Below are positions 13,113-25,054 of a DNA stretch of 64,000 nt, piece after piece. This stretch comes from Zancudomyces culisetae HAW-14-8 (Eukaryota; Fungi; Kickxellomycota). The stretch covers positions 2,232,001 through 2,296,000 of the forward strand of contig JBNJNM010000012.1 in the NCBI GenBank assembly GCA_052426225.1, in the 5' to 3' direction. Position 1 is the first letter of the stretch, and each line of letters opens with the position of its first letter. The position numbers and the translations under genes are program-made. The notes under the pieces were generated by a model. It was not told the origin of the DNA. It worked only from the letters and a program-made list of their open reading frames with translations, and did not search any database.

Positions 13113-16100
13113 ATGTTCAAAGTCAGGAGAATATTTCATAGAGCCAAAGAAAAGACCAAGGGAGAATCTAAAGTTTTGCCCATTTCTGTATTAAAAGTAG
13201 CTGAAGAAGAAGATAAAAATAATGCAGCACAAAATAACCAAAGGCTTATAGAAATAAACCCCGATGATGAAGCCGACCAGACAACCAATAGCCCTAACAA
13301 GCTGGTTTTAGCAACTCCCCAAAGCCACGGAAAACTTATGGTAACAAATGTCACAAACGATGAAGGGTTTTTGAGAAACTTGAAAACAAATAAGGGATCA
13401 ATTTGCTCCTTTGTTGGAACAGGAGACCAGAATGATATTTTGGTTCATAGGTTGAAGGGTTGGCGACATTTGGTTGAAAATTATACAGCATACTTTAGGA
13501 CACTTGTCGACATACAAAACGAAGCAGTTAGTAGATACGAAAAAGCAGCAAACTCTATCAAAGTCCCGATTTCAGAAGATTATGTATTTGCACCCCCAAC
13601 ACTAGATGGTATTCACAGTGCAGCCAAAAGGATAAATAAGTTTTTATCGACTGTAGTAAAATCACAGGCAAGAACAAAGGCAGAAATTATGGAGAATACA
13701 TTGAGGGCTTTGAACATGCTAATAAGCGATATCAACGTACAGCTGAACACCTATATTTCACTTGTAAATCCAATATATACGAACCTAGTAAAACATAGAA
13801 AAAAACTGGAAGAAGGTGAAAAAAGGCTCCAATTGGCACTGGAACTTTCTCAAGTAAAATCAGCAGCGAGTAAAATGGGAGATCCGTTTTTAATAAACTT
13901 TGGAATGAAACGAGATATTGAGGATATTGTAGAAATAGAAAATACATTACACTCGACAGTAACGGCGTGTGCGGCCAAGATCGAAACCTGGGAACCAACT
14001 ATATTGTTCAGGTTAAACTCTACATTGCTTATTTATTACAGGTACGAAAGAGATGCGGGTGTAGAACAGAATTCTCACTCCAACAACATACAGCTCATGC
14101 TTAGAAACATGGATCTTGAGTTTGAAACAAAAAGCTTTAGCTCTAGGTTTGCAAAATACATCAAGGAGCCGCAGGGGTGCAATGGGCATTCGACAGTGGA
14201 AGAGTATCCACTGAAGATTCAAAAAAACCCAATGTTGGCAATAGTTAAACAAGGGTATGTAAACCGGGTGATTTCGAGTCTTGTACCACAAAAAATCAAA
14301 ATGCACAAAATACTCAAAAGCTATCTTGTAATAACAGCAACAGGATTTATGCACTGTTTTGACGTTGCAGGCGGCGTCCCACAGCCAGTTCCCGACACCT
14401 CGTTCCACTTGGAGTCAGTAGGTGTGATGGACGGCGAAACAGCTAACCTCCCACAAACACACTTTGTACTTGCTGTAAATAAGAACACAGCAAGAGGTAA
14501 AGGAACTACAATGCGTACAAAGTTTACATTTATGGCATTTAACGCGGAAGAAGCTGCAGATTGGTGTGAAAAAATTAGGTATTGGTCAGTAGGGAATCAT
14601 GAATCCTTGTTCAGCGGTGAGGATATAGTTGAGGACTACTCGGATTTTCATATTACCATAAAGCGAAACAGAAACACCAATCATCTAAATAAGATCGAAG
14701 GTCCGCATAATAACATTAGTATAGGGAGTGGTCATCCACTAAGGAATGTTTCTCGGTTGGCCATCACCGATGCAGCAAATACTAACGAGTATCACAACAT
14801 CACTCTTAAAAAAGACGTACTTTCTATAAGTCGGACAAACATAAATGGTCCAGATATGCTCAAGGAGTTTGAAAGCAACTCTGCTGTCATCCGCCGGTCA
14901 GGTGTTTACGAGGCGGAAACTACCGACTTTGATCTCAACGGTGCGTCTGAAACTGTCAAAAAATTTACAAGTATAAGATACAGTGGTTCGAGTACTCCTG
15001 CTGCACCATTGCTGGTCGATGGATACATGCACGTCCAACCTGCTGATTCAAACTCCTTGTATAACGAAAGAGTTTTGCGCATCCCAAACAACCGCTTCAT
15101 TTCCGAAAATAACCTAGAATCTCTGCCACAATCCTCACGAGGTCAATCCTACGGTTTGCCTTTGAACAATCCAAAAGGAATGAGTGAAAACTCGGGCCAG
15201 TCCATTCCTTATCAAGCTCATCATGTTTCCGCTGCATTTTCTGAGAAAACCGATACCTCGGCCTTTGAGAACCCCGAACTTCAAGAGAAAAACCAAACTC
15301 AACTTCAGGCTCTGCCAGCAAAAAATCAATATCTATGTGACAGTGGCCAGCCCAAGTCTCCCCAACCCACCGTAAACAGCCAAACTCATGGATCTTCAAG
15401 AATAAAATATGTTAACGACACTCACGGTTTGTATAACCCGGGAAGCGATACAAGCTCTCAATCTCAAAAAAACTTGCATAATAACGCCAATTTTTACGCC
15501 AATACTCCTGAATCACATACTTACATAGAAACCAAAAGCACAAAAAATACCGATTACGCTAATTCTCTATCTTCAAAACTCGACCTTTCTAGCAAAAGAA
15601 GAAACGTAAAATACGCTGATAACCCAGATGACATTGACTCGGTTTCAACTGAGCTGCCTCCACATAATCCTGTTTTGAAAAAACCAACCAATCAGAACAA
15701 TAAGCCAAGCAACCCTGTCGAAAACGGTGGTTCTCCAACAACCTCAGTAAAATACAAAACTGACTATGATGAAAATCACCTGGTTAACGATGAGGATGTT
15801 GAATGTCAAAGCAATAGTAGATCTATTGCTTTTGACACCAGCAATAGTGGCAGTACTAGAAGTAAAAATAAGCAAGATCTTATCATCCAAACCAACAAAA
15901 TCTACACCCCTCGAAATAGCAGTGATAAATACAATGGCCACTACAGCAGTAGAAGAGGTAGTGATACTATATACACTGGAAACAGAACCGCTAATAGAGA
16001 TTCATCAAGCAAAGCCATCTATCTAAAAGACCTGCTCTTATCCGATCGTTTATCCACCACCCCTATCGATGATTCGACCGCCATTAATGCCCAAAACATT

Positions 16101-16418
16101 ATTATGCAGAATATCTCCAACGTCGATCTCTCCTTTCCGCTCAACGGCACACTTGACGTGGAGTCGTATGAACTCAGCACCAAAATAACCAGACAATCAA
16201 CTGATGAAATTCTATCTCTATCCAAGTATTCCCTACCTAATACTGACCCCGTATATAATGATGGTATTAGCAGATATACCACTAGAAATACTAAGAAGAA
16301 AACCACCTTCTCAAACATAAATGATAGTGGCGAGGAAGGCACCAATATTGAAATATCCACCGAAGCTGCATCATACAACAAAAAAGTGGGATTGGTTGGG
16401 GCTTCCTTTTTCAAATAG
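13113..16418 (+). CDS. Slm1-like BAR + PH domain protein with long low-complexity C-terminus
   Basis: Intronless 1101-aa ORF. LVHRLKGWRHLVENYTAYFR resembles the start of the Slm1 BAR domain. The PH domain runs from VKQGYV..SYLVITATGFMHCF..PDTSFHL to FTFMAFNAEEAADWCEKI. The tail is S/N/T-rich. Confidence 0.8.
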   Translation: MFKVRRIFHRAKEKTKGESKVLPISVLKVAEEEDKNNAAQNNQRLIEINPDDEADQTTNSPNKLVLATPQSHGKLMVTNVTNDEGFLRNLKTNKGSICSFVGTGDQNDILVHRLKGWRHLVENYTAYFRTLVDIQNEAVSRYEKAANSIKVPISEDYVFAPPTLDGIHSAAKRINKFLSTVVKSQARTKAEIMENTLRALNMLISDINVQLNTYISLVNPIYTNLVKHRKKLEEGEKRLQLALELSQVKSAASKMGDPFLINFGMKRDIEDIVEIENTLHSTVTACAAKIETWEPTILFRLNSTLLIYYRYERDAGVEQNSHSNNIQLMLRNMDLEFETKSFSSRFAKYIKEPQGCNGHSTVEEYPLKIQKNPMLAIVKQGYVNRVISSLVPQKIKMHKILKSYLVITATGFMHCFDVAGGVPQPVPDTSFHLESVGVMDGETANLPQTHFVLAVNKNTARGKGTTMRTKFTFMAFNAEEAADWCEKIRYWSVGNHESLFSGEDIVEDYSDFHITIKRNRNTNHLNKIEGPHNNISIGSGHPLRNVSRLAITDAANTNEYHNITLKKDVLSISRTNINGPDMLKEFESNSAVIRRSGVYEAETTDFDLNGASETVKKFTSIRYSGSSTPAAPLLVDGYMHVQPADSNSLYNERVLRIPNNRFISENNLESLPQSSRGQSYGLPLNNPKGMSENSGQSIPYQAHHVSAAFSEKTDTSAFENPELQEKNQTQLQALPAKNQYLCDSGQPKSPQPTVNSQTHGSSRIKYVNDTHGLYNPGSDTSSQSQKNLHNNANFYANTPESHTYIETKSTKNTDYANSLSSKLDLSSKRRNVKYADNPDDIDSVSTELPPHNPVLKKPTNQNNKPSNPVENGGSPTTSVKYKTDYDENHLVNDEDVECQSNSRSIAFDTSNSGSTRSKNKQDLIIQTNKIYTPRNSSDKYNGHYSSRRGSDTIYTGNRTANRDSSSKAIYLKDLLLSDRLSTTPIDDSTAINAQNIIMQNISNVDLSFPLNGTLDVESYELSTKITRQSTDEILSLSKYSLPNTDPVYNDGISRYTTRNTKKKTTFSNINDSGEEGTNIEISTEAASYNKKVGLVGASFFK

Positions 16419-17148
16419 CCTCGCATTTTGTATAGTTTTTTTTTTTTTTGCACCTCTTTCTCCCTTCCCCTCCCCCCAGTACTATTACTCTTTTCTTTTT
16501 TTTTTGAGAAAAAAAAGAAGCACTTCATTGTTTTGTAAAAGCACATTATGAATAAACATGTATCCAATTTCATTTCATTTATTTTTGTATTTGCATTATC
16601 CTCGCCCTTGCCCATCTGCCCCTAAACTTTGTCTTTTCTTTCTATCTCTCTCTCTCTCTCTTCCTCTCTTTTCATTTTTGTCCTTGTATGTATTTCCTGT
16701 TCAATAAAAAGTACCAAAAAGATGAAGGTCGAAAATATACTTTATTTTATTTTTGTCTTGGGTGGATTAATTCGGTTTTATATTGTGGTGATCAGACCAA
16801 TTTAACCAAAACAAATACAATATTTGTACTTAAGTATATTCACGTATATCGATCCTCTCTCCTTCCCTTTTCTCCTTACATACACTCCTGAAAATTAATT
16901 TCTAGAAAAGAAAAGCACTAATGATTTATTTATTTATTTTTTAGCACGAATGTCCGATTCCGTTTTATTCGTTCGTTTGATTTATTATTTTTTTTGCCCA
17001 TTTCTTTTTTTTTTCCAACTCCAAAATTAACTATTTAAACTTCATAATAAACATTTAAAAGCAAAAAAATAAATATATTGCTCAATTAAATAACAATTCC
17101 AATAAATCAAAGATTATAACTACAAAAGGTAAGTAATATTTAATTAAT

Positions 17149-18124
17149 ATGGTAGGACAAGCAAAGAGAAGAGGACGCCCTCCAAAATCGAAAAAAACCC
17201 CGCCATCAGCCGAAGAAAGTGCGGATAATACTGGAACCACCGAAACTGTTGAAAATATCGAAAATGGAAATGAAAATGTTGAAGAAGGCGCCGGAGCACC
17301 CATTGAAGACGCCAGTATTCAGGCTAAAGATGCTTTGAAAGGTCAAGAAACCCTGGAGACCAGTCAAACCAGAACTGAGATTCCAAACGAGTAAGTTTAT
17401 TCTCAAAATCTCCTCCCTCACCTGAACTTTTGAATTCAACTTACATAAAAAATGTAAACTCAATCCTTTTTACTATTTCTTTTTTAATATTTTTTAATAT
17501 TTTTTTTAGAGATAAGAAACCAGTCCAGGGTTTAGAACAAATCCAGGAGCCTCAAGGAAGTGATGGCTTGAAAAAAGATGGCGCTGAGCTCGATGAATCT
17601 GAGAAAAAAAAACTTAGAGCTGCCAGATTTGGATCTGAACCGCAGACTTCGGCTCTTACAGATGAAGAAAAAAAGAGGAATCGCCTGCTCAGGTTTGGAC
17701 AGGCTAATGCTGGACCCGATGAATCCAACGCATCAACGCAACAGGATGTCATCAAGAAACGTGCTCTACGATTTGGCATGCCCCTTAAACATGATTTGGA
17801 AGAGGTACTGTGTTTATTTAGTAAAAAAAAAATATTTGTATTGGAAATAATGACAAGTGTTGGAAGGAAATTTTTTAAAAAAAAAAGAATAATGCTTTAT
17901 CTGGGATTTGTGTTTAATTTGTTGTATCGAAATTTTAATACTTGTAGGATCAAGAAAAAGCAAGAAAACGAAGAGAAAGATTTGGCGGTGATAGTGAATC
18001 AAGCAATACCTCGCTCGGCGATAATCAAGACCAATTGAAACCGAAGCCAATTACTGCTGGAGTAGATGAAGAGGAGGAAGAAAAAAGAAGAAAACGCGCT
18101 TTAAGATTTGGACTTGGTGTATAG
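17149..18124 (+). CDS. Tho1/SARNP/MOS11-like mRNA export factor with N-terminal AT-hook; 3 exons (17149-17390, 17510-17804, 17948-18124)
   Basis: N-terminal KRRGRPPK followed by five RxxRFG repeats (LRAARFG, NRLLRFG, KRALRFG, KRRERFG, KRALRFG), typical of the Tho1_MOS11_C region. Confidence 0.75.
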
Positions 18125-18856
18125 TTTGAACCTGTAATAATTTGCTTTTGTTATTTCTATCGACCTGTACTTCTTGTTTACGCTATTTACGGTGTATTGC
18201 ATACACATACACATACACATACATCTCTTCCTTTTTTTGATTTTTCTTTTTTTACAACAACTACAGATAGTCAATGTGGAGTGGGGGGAAGGGGCGGAAA
18301 AGAGAAGGAGGAGCTTACTTTTGACTATTCTTCGCAGTTTTATAGCTGGGAAGGAGTATATCATTTTCCCGATCTCCTCACCTCTCCCCTCCCTCTTTTT
18401 TTTGTATAAAGAATTCACAGTTACTAACTACCATTATATCATTGCTCTGATTATGTTTGTGAATGTAGCTTATTGGATACAATGAAAATTTGTCCACTTT
18501 GAGTACCTGCATGAGTTTGTTTTCAGTTTTCATTTTTACTTCGTTCGTTATGGCTCTCCATTAACGATGCTAAATGTAAAAGTTTTTTGTTTTTTTTTTG
18601 CTCTTTTGGTCATTGAACTATAATAGTGAGTATACGAATTTTTGGATCGTTTTGCTTTATTCAATTATAACAATATGTAACCCTAAAATCACATCTTCCG
18701 TCTCCCCGTCTCTCCTTCTATCCTTCTCCCACTAACTCTCCTGATGAATAAAATTCGGCCAATTTACCAATATAACTCGTGTTGACACAACTTAATAGTA
18801 TTGATCAACCAATTTACATAATTATAAAGAACAATAATATAAAACCACAAACCAGC

Positions 18857-21800
18857 TCAAACGAGCTTAGATAGTCTACGCTGTGTAAAGTATTTATCCT
18901 CAAGCTCTTTGCCTGTCAACATTACTGCCCTTGAAATATAGGGTTTTATGGATTGTGGTTTCTCTTTTACAGTCGCTTCAATTGACAGAACCTCTACGAG
19001 ATTTTTAGCGAAATACCACCATTCGTCTTTTCGATTTTGATTAGCGAGGTTGGAGCTGTTTTTCAGATATTCAAACGAGCTTATAACGATCTCAGAGCCC
19101 ACTATTCCTATTACGGCTGCTGATGAGGAGCTGGTTGTGTAGACCATCTGTCTATATCGCTGCTGTGAATACTCTGGTAATTTATTTACACCATTTTCTG
19201 AGCCGCAAGTGCTGTTCCAGCTGCTCTCTTCAATAAAGCCTAGAGCACTAACTGAAAGAATTGCTGCATGAACTCTGTCCATAGATGATGGCGTACCGCC
19301 CTGTTGAAGGCTTCCTAGCTTTACCGTTTGAACATCAAAGTCTTCTTGTGACTCGCCTGTATACAACGAGTTGAGAACATCAAGGTTGTATACATTGGAC
19401 GCGTTTTGATCGGAAATCACAATCCGGCCTTTAGAATCCCCTTTCTCTGCTGCATATATATCTCGCAACCTCTTTGTGTCGTTTTTAATTTTTTCAAGAT
19501 CGATTGTGTCTTCAGGTACGTATACGTACGTTGCTCCACCAGCAAGAGCTCCCATGGTAGCCAAAAAGCCACACCTTTCTCCTTGAACCTCAATTAGAAA
19601 AACTCTTTTTCGATGTGCCGAGGCCGACTGCTTTATATCATCGCAAGCATTTACAATCACATTGGCTGCCGTGTCTGTTCCCAAGCAATAATCAGTTCCG
19701 GGGACAGTGTTCGCAATTGATGCCGGTATCAAAATCATTGGGATACATAGTGCTGGATATTCATCTCGTTTTTTATAAAGCTCGTTCAATCCAGTATATG
19801 CTTCGGAGCCTCCGATAACTATCAAGCTTTGAATATTGTGCCGTTGCAGTTGATAAGAAATAGCACCCACATCTTTACCTATTGGAATACTATTCATCCC
19901 CAGCATTGAACCACCGTGAACTGCCCACGTATCAACCATCATCCAAGTAGCCACCTCTATTTCCCCCCTTATAAGCCCAGCAAAGCTATTATATACAACC
20001 AACGGTGTATGTCCACGATTGATGCACATCCTAACAATACCCTGGGTTGCCAAATTTATTCCCCCAGCTGGTTTTCCCACGTGTACTATCCCGATATTTA
20101 GCTTTTTCTCGCCTGACAACCGTTTACAGCCTTGCGGAAAATAATTTGCTGTCTCTTTGTAGGCCTTGAGCTGGTTTATAAATGTTGTGGCTCGCAGTTT
20201 CAGTGCCATGGAGAAATTTTTGCGTTGGATTTCATCTGCCACCTGTGTTGTTAACTTTATGGCATCCTGGAGTGGTTGTGTTGTTATTTTGTTTTCCAGG
20301 ATGCCGATTACCAATGATGGACTTTCGGGAGTAGCTTGTATTACAGCCTCAACAGCTTCCGCTCCTTGTAATGTTGCCAAATATCTGTCATAAAATGTTG
20401 GCTTCCCCCCGCGCTGTACATGGCCTAATATAGTTACGCGTGTATCATAGCCTAGGTGTTTCTCAATTACTCCCTTAACATCTTCACACCTGATCGGGTT
20501 TAAGTTGGAATCAATTGCTCCCTCGGCAACGAGTATAAGCGATGTGTTTTTTCCCACCGATCTGCTATTTTCCAGGGAGGAACACATCTTTTTTTGCCAC
20601 TCGTTTGTTGTAGGTGGGTCTTCTGGAATAAACAAATAGTCTGCGCCTGTACATATTGCTGCATTGAGTGCCAACCAGCCACAGTGTCTCCCCATTACCT
20701 CAACCACAAACGCCCTGCTATGGCTTGTGGCAGTGCTTTGTAACGCATCTACAGACTCGCATATTCTGGCAAGCGCTGAGGATGCACCAATCGTCATATC
20801 TGTTGATGCTAGATCGTTGTCAATCGATCCAACCATTCCAACTATCATCAAACTTTTATTGTAAATGGCTTGCGCTTCTGTTATGCTTCCTATATTTGTT
20901 GTAGTTTAGGTTAGGTTAGTTTAGTTACAATAGTTTTTTTTTTGGTAAGCATTCGTTTAAACATTATATTGATAACTCTTTGCTGTGTTTTGCAATAAAT
21001 ATCAACATATACTATGGAATAGTTTTGAGTAAATAAATGGAATAATAAAAAAAAATTACCAGTTTCCTTCAAAGTGTTTATGTGTTCTTTCCACTCTGCC
21101 CTTAGCATATCAGCACCTGTAAGAGATCCATCGCCTCCTATTATTATTAATGATGTAATACCAAGTCTAACCAAGTTGAGTACGGCCTTTCTTCTTCCTT
21201 CGATCTCACGAAACTCTTGACATCTTGCTGTTTTAATAAAGGTTCCTCCAGAGGTTAGAAATCCACTCACATCATCCCATTCAACTTTTTTGATCATTTC
21301 ACCGCCACATAATAGTCCCTTGTAACCCTCATAAATCAAGTAAGGCTCTAGACCTCGTGATAGTGCTACTCGAACAACTGACCGGACACCAGCATTCATA
21401 CCTTGAGAATCCCCGCCTGATGTCATTACCGCTACTTTTAGTTTATGCGAGATAAAAGGTCCAGCATACTGGGTCAAGTCTTGGTGTTCTACCTGGTCAA
21501 CGCCTACGTTTAAGGATTTTATCGGCTTGTTATTTTTTGTGCTTTTATCATCTTTTGTTTGCGTTTGCTCGTTGTATACGTATATATTTGTACCAGCTGG
21601 GTCCTTAACATTTAACTTTTGCATTTTTGTGTTAGCTTGTTTGTGGGTAGTATAATCAATTCCATAAATTCCCAGATTTTCGGTAAGTTTCTAATGAGTT
21701 ACAGATACCATTTATTAAACCCTGTATTTGACACACCTCCTCCACTTTAGTTGTACTACAAATATACAAATATATGAAGCGTCACACGCATTCTGGCTAT

Positions 21801-22139
21801 GTCTATGGTGAGAAATGCTTTTACCTTAAACCCGTTTTCAGCCAAGTACAGGCATATATTTTCTGAAGGGGACTTTGGGGTGTTTTCATCAGCAAGTAAA
21901 AGTTTTATCAAGAAAGAGTCGTTGTTTTCGCTTGAGTATAGTCCTAGCCATGTCTCTCGAAGAAGATTTGCTCCGGGAGATGGGGGTACGACGCTTTCCT
22001 TACGCCTAACATCACGTAGTACGCTAAAGCCAAGATTGAGATAAAACTCAACTGTTTTATCAAATAATTTACTATTTTTTACACTAATCTGGCAATTGAA
22101 GTAGTATACTTTATCTTTATGAACAGCAACTTCATTCAT
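18857..22139 (-). CDS. PFK: ATP-dependent 6-phosphofructokinase, fungal type with N-terminal Pfk_N (glyoxalase-like) domain; 3 exons
   Basis: Motifs TSGGDSQGMN, GGTFIKTARC, GGDGSLTGA, GSIDND, EVMGRHCG and LGHVQRGG, plus a duplicated regulatory C-half. The N-terminal exon has FYLNLGF, ETWL and VKDPAGT. Confidence 0.96.
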
Positions 22140-23321
22140 TTTTTTTCTCAAACGGTTCTTGGGTTATAATAGATAGAGTTTGTCCGTAGTGGTATTATTT
22201 TTAAATCAATCAGTGATAATAGCAATAGTGATGGTGCAGGAATACACAATAGATCAAGTTTCCTTGTGGATCAAGATAAAATTATACTTTACAGTTATTT
22301 ACTATTTTTAACCAAGTATGTATAGATAAAACACAATACGACTCTGCTTTTTCTTTTTTGTTTTTTCCTAGTCAGATACTTGGCTTTATATACATTTTGA
22401 TCTTTATAGAATTCCAAGCACATTTTTTCCAGGTATTCGGTCACTAACATACACAGAGGAAGCAGGTATCTGTAAAGAAAACGTCAAATATTCATGTAGC
22501 ATACTTGACGATTCATCCAAATAGAAGAAATGAGGTATCTCTTTCTTCCTCTTTTCTAACCCAAGAACTGTGGGTAGTTAGTGCGCTGCAATTCTTTTTT
22601 TTATTACATCTGCAGGATATCCAAGGACATAAACAAATAAACTGACATGGTATACATGCGCAATTATTTTAAAGATAAACAAGGTTCGGTGGGCTGCAAA
22701 CAAAGACGCAGATAGTACTAGCTAGAGTTTGTAGTTTTTTTTTTTTTGCATTTTACACGAATAATAGTTAACCAGTCATCCCTCCCCCAAGTTTGGAAAA
22801 AAAACAAATATCTGCACAGACAATTTTTATCCCCTATCTCCTCCAAGATATGCAGAGGCATTTACAAGTATCAAGTTGAAGCTATTGCGTCTTTGTATGG
22901 TTGGTCGTGCATCTGCTGCACATTTCATATTCCTAAAAAAATTACAGTTATTTTTAGAGTGACTAAAGCTAGCTCTTCTCGGTCTTTCTTTTTAAAATAG
23001 TGAGAAGAGATGGGTGAATATTATGTTTCTTTCAAAAGTGGGTGAATTGTGCATGGTGGCTTACAAAACATAAGCAGCTTTGCCCGTTAAGCACAAGTCA
23101 GACTTTTATGTAACGTTAATGTAACTACTCATCAAAGGCTCGGTGGATATATTTAATCTCAGAACCCGCATCCCGAGAAGAAAAAAACTATACCACAACA
23201 GCAATGTCACTATTGGAAGCTGGATGGTAGTATGAGTCTACGAATGAAGATACTAACGAGAACGTAAAAAAAAAGTAAAACAAAGCAAAAAAAAACAAAA
23301 CAAAACAAAAAACTATAGAAA

Positions 23322-25054
23322 CTATCTCATTTGGGATAGCATTAAACTTGGGTTTTCCAAGTAGCTTTTGAAAAGTTTCACAAACCTCGCCATTGTGGCA
23401 CCATCGACGACCCTATGATCTGCAGACCAGTTCGAAACTAAAATTGACTTGGGAACCACCACTTCGCTTTCAACTCCAGTTTCAGGGTGTGTCATGTGCG
23501 CAAATCTTGGAAGCCTTTGGATTCTTCCAAATGCACCTATGCACACTTGACTTTCCACAATCACGGGTGATAAATACAAACCTCCAATATTGCCTATGTT
23601 TGATAGTGTGAATGTGCCGCCTTTGAGCTGTTCAGGTTTTAGACTTCCACTGTTTGCGGAAGCTTGGATATCCTTCAATGAACGTGATATTTCCAAGATG
23701 GACAGGTCTTGTACGTCTTTAATTACTGGAACCAATAGTCCCATCGGCGTATCGATGGCAATACCGATATTGTGGCTACTCCTGTGCATTATATCATAGT
23801 CAGAATTATTTGCTACGATCCGAGAATTTAAGATTGGATATTTGGCGAGAGCCATGGATGCAGCTTTTATTAGGAACGGCATGAATGTGAGCCTTTTTTC
23901 GGGAGTCTGAGAAAAATGAAGACTATTCAGTTGTCCTCGCAGCTCTACAATTCTATCCACCTCGATTTCCTCTGAGTATCCAAAATGTGGTATTTTTAGC
24001 GACTCGGTCATAGATTTGAACATAGCTCTTTGCACAGGAGTCATCCGCGTTGGTTTGTCGATCTCAGATACAGCTTCAGTAGCAGCGGTCGGTGGTTGTC
24101 CAATTGGTTGCTTCGCTACATGTGACTTATTTTCAATAAACCTCAAGACATCCTCTTTCAACACTCTTCCATCCTTTCCAGAACCCTTTATAAGTCTCAA
24201 GTCCACGTTCTTTTCTTTTGCTAAAAAACGCACTGCTGGTGTTGATATAACCGGTGAATTTGACACTTCCCTTCCCTTGAATGGGTCACTTTCTAGCCCT
24301 TGAGCTTTACTAACTGATAGTTCGTTTCTAGTTATATCATTTTTAGGATCAAGAGCAGAGTTTCCTGTGGCTTTTAGCGCATCTTTATTATCTCTGCTAT
24401 TGTCTGTATTAGCTCCAGTTTTCGTGTCCGGTTCGGGTGTATCCTCTGTCTCGTTTTCAGTACCTTCTACTTCGATTTCAACCAAAGGTTTCCCGACATG
24501 GGCCAGCTCATTTTCGGCATAACATAGCCTTTTTATTACCCCTTCAAATCTAGATGTAATATCTACGGTTGCTTTGTCTGATTGCACTTCACATATTTTA
24601 TCAAACTCAGAGACTCTGTCCCCCACTTTTACATACCTATAAAATATAACTTATGTTTTGGATTTATACGAATCACAAAATCTTGGTGTCTGGTGTGCGA
24701 TAAATAAAAGTGATTATAAATTCGAGATATGTATTAGTTCACAAACCATTGTATGACTTCAACTTCAGTAATACCCTCGCCAATATCCGCTAACCTGAAG
24801 TTTACGGCCTTCTGTCTCCATGCTGCATAGTGAAAATCTCTTCTCAATCGAATAAATCCACCTCTTCCCTAAATTTATGAATTTAACGAGGCAAGTAATA
24901 CTTAGTACAGAGTCTTTCATTTTGAATGCTCCCCATTCAGGCTGAGGCTATACATAACAAATATATCGCACAACTGGACAATTACCTGTATGATGCTATG
25001 GCGGTTGCATACCGAATAAGCCTTGCTTTTTAAAAAACGTGCTCCCGAAAACAT
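23322..25054 (-). CDS. DBT: Branched-chain 2-oxoacid dehydrogenase E2 (dihydrolipoyl transacylase), 3 exons
   Basis: Lipoyl domain [25 protein letters not shown]3-binding [17 protein letters not shown] and catalytic [11 protein letters not shown], preceded by a mitochondrial presequence. Confidence 0.95.
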
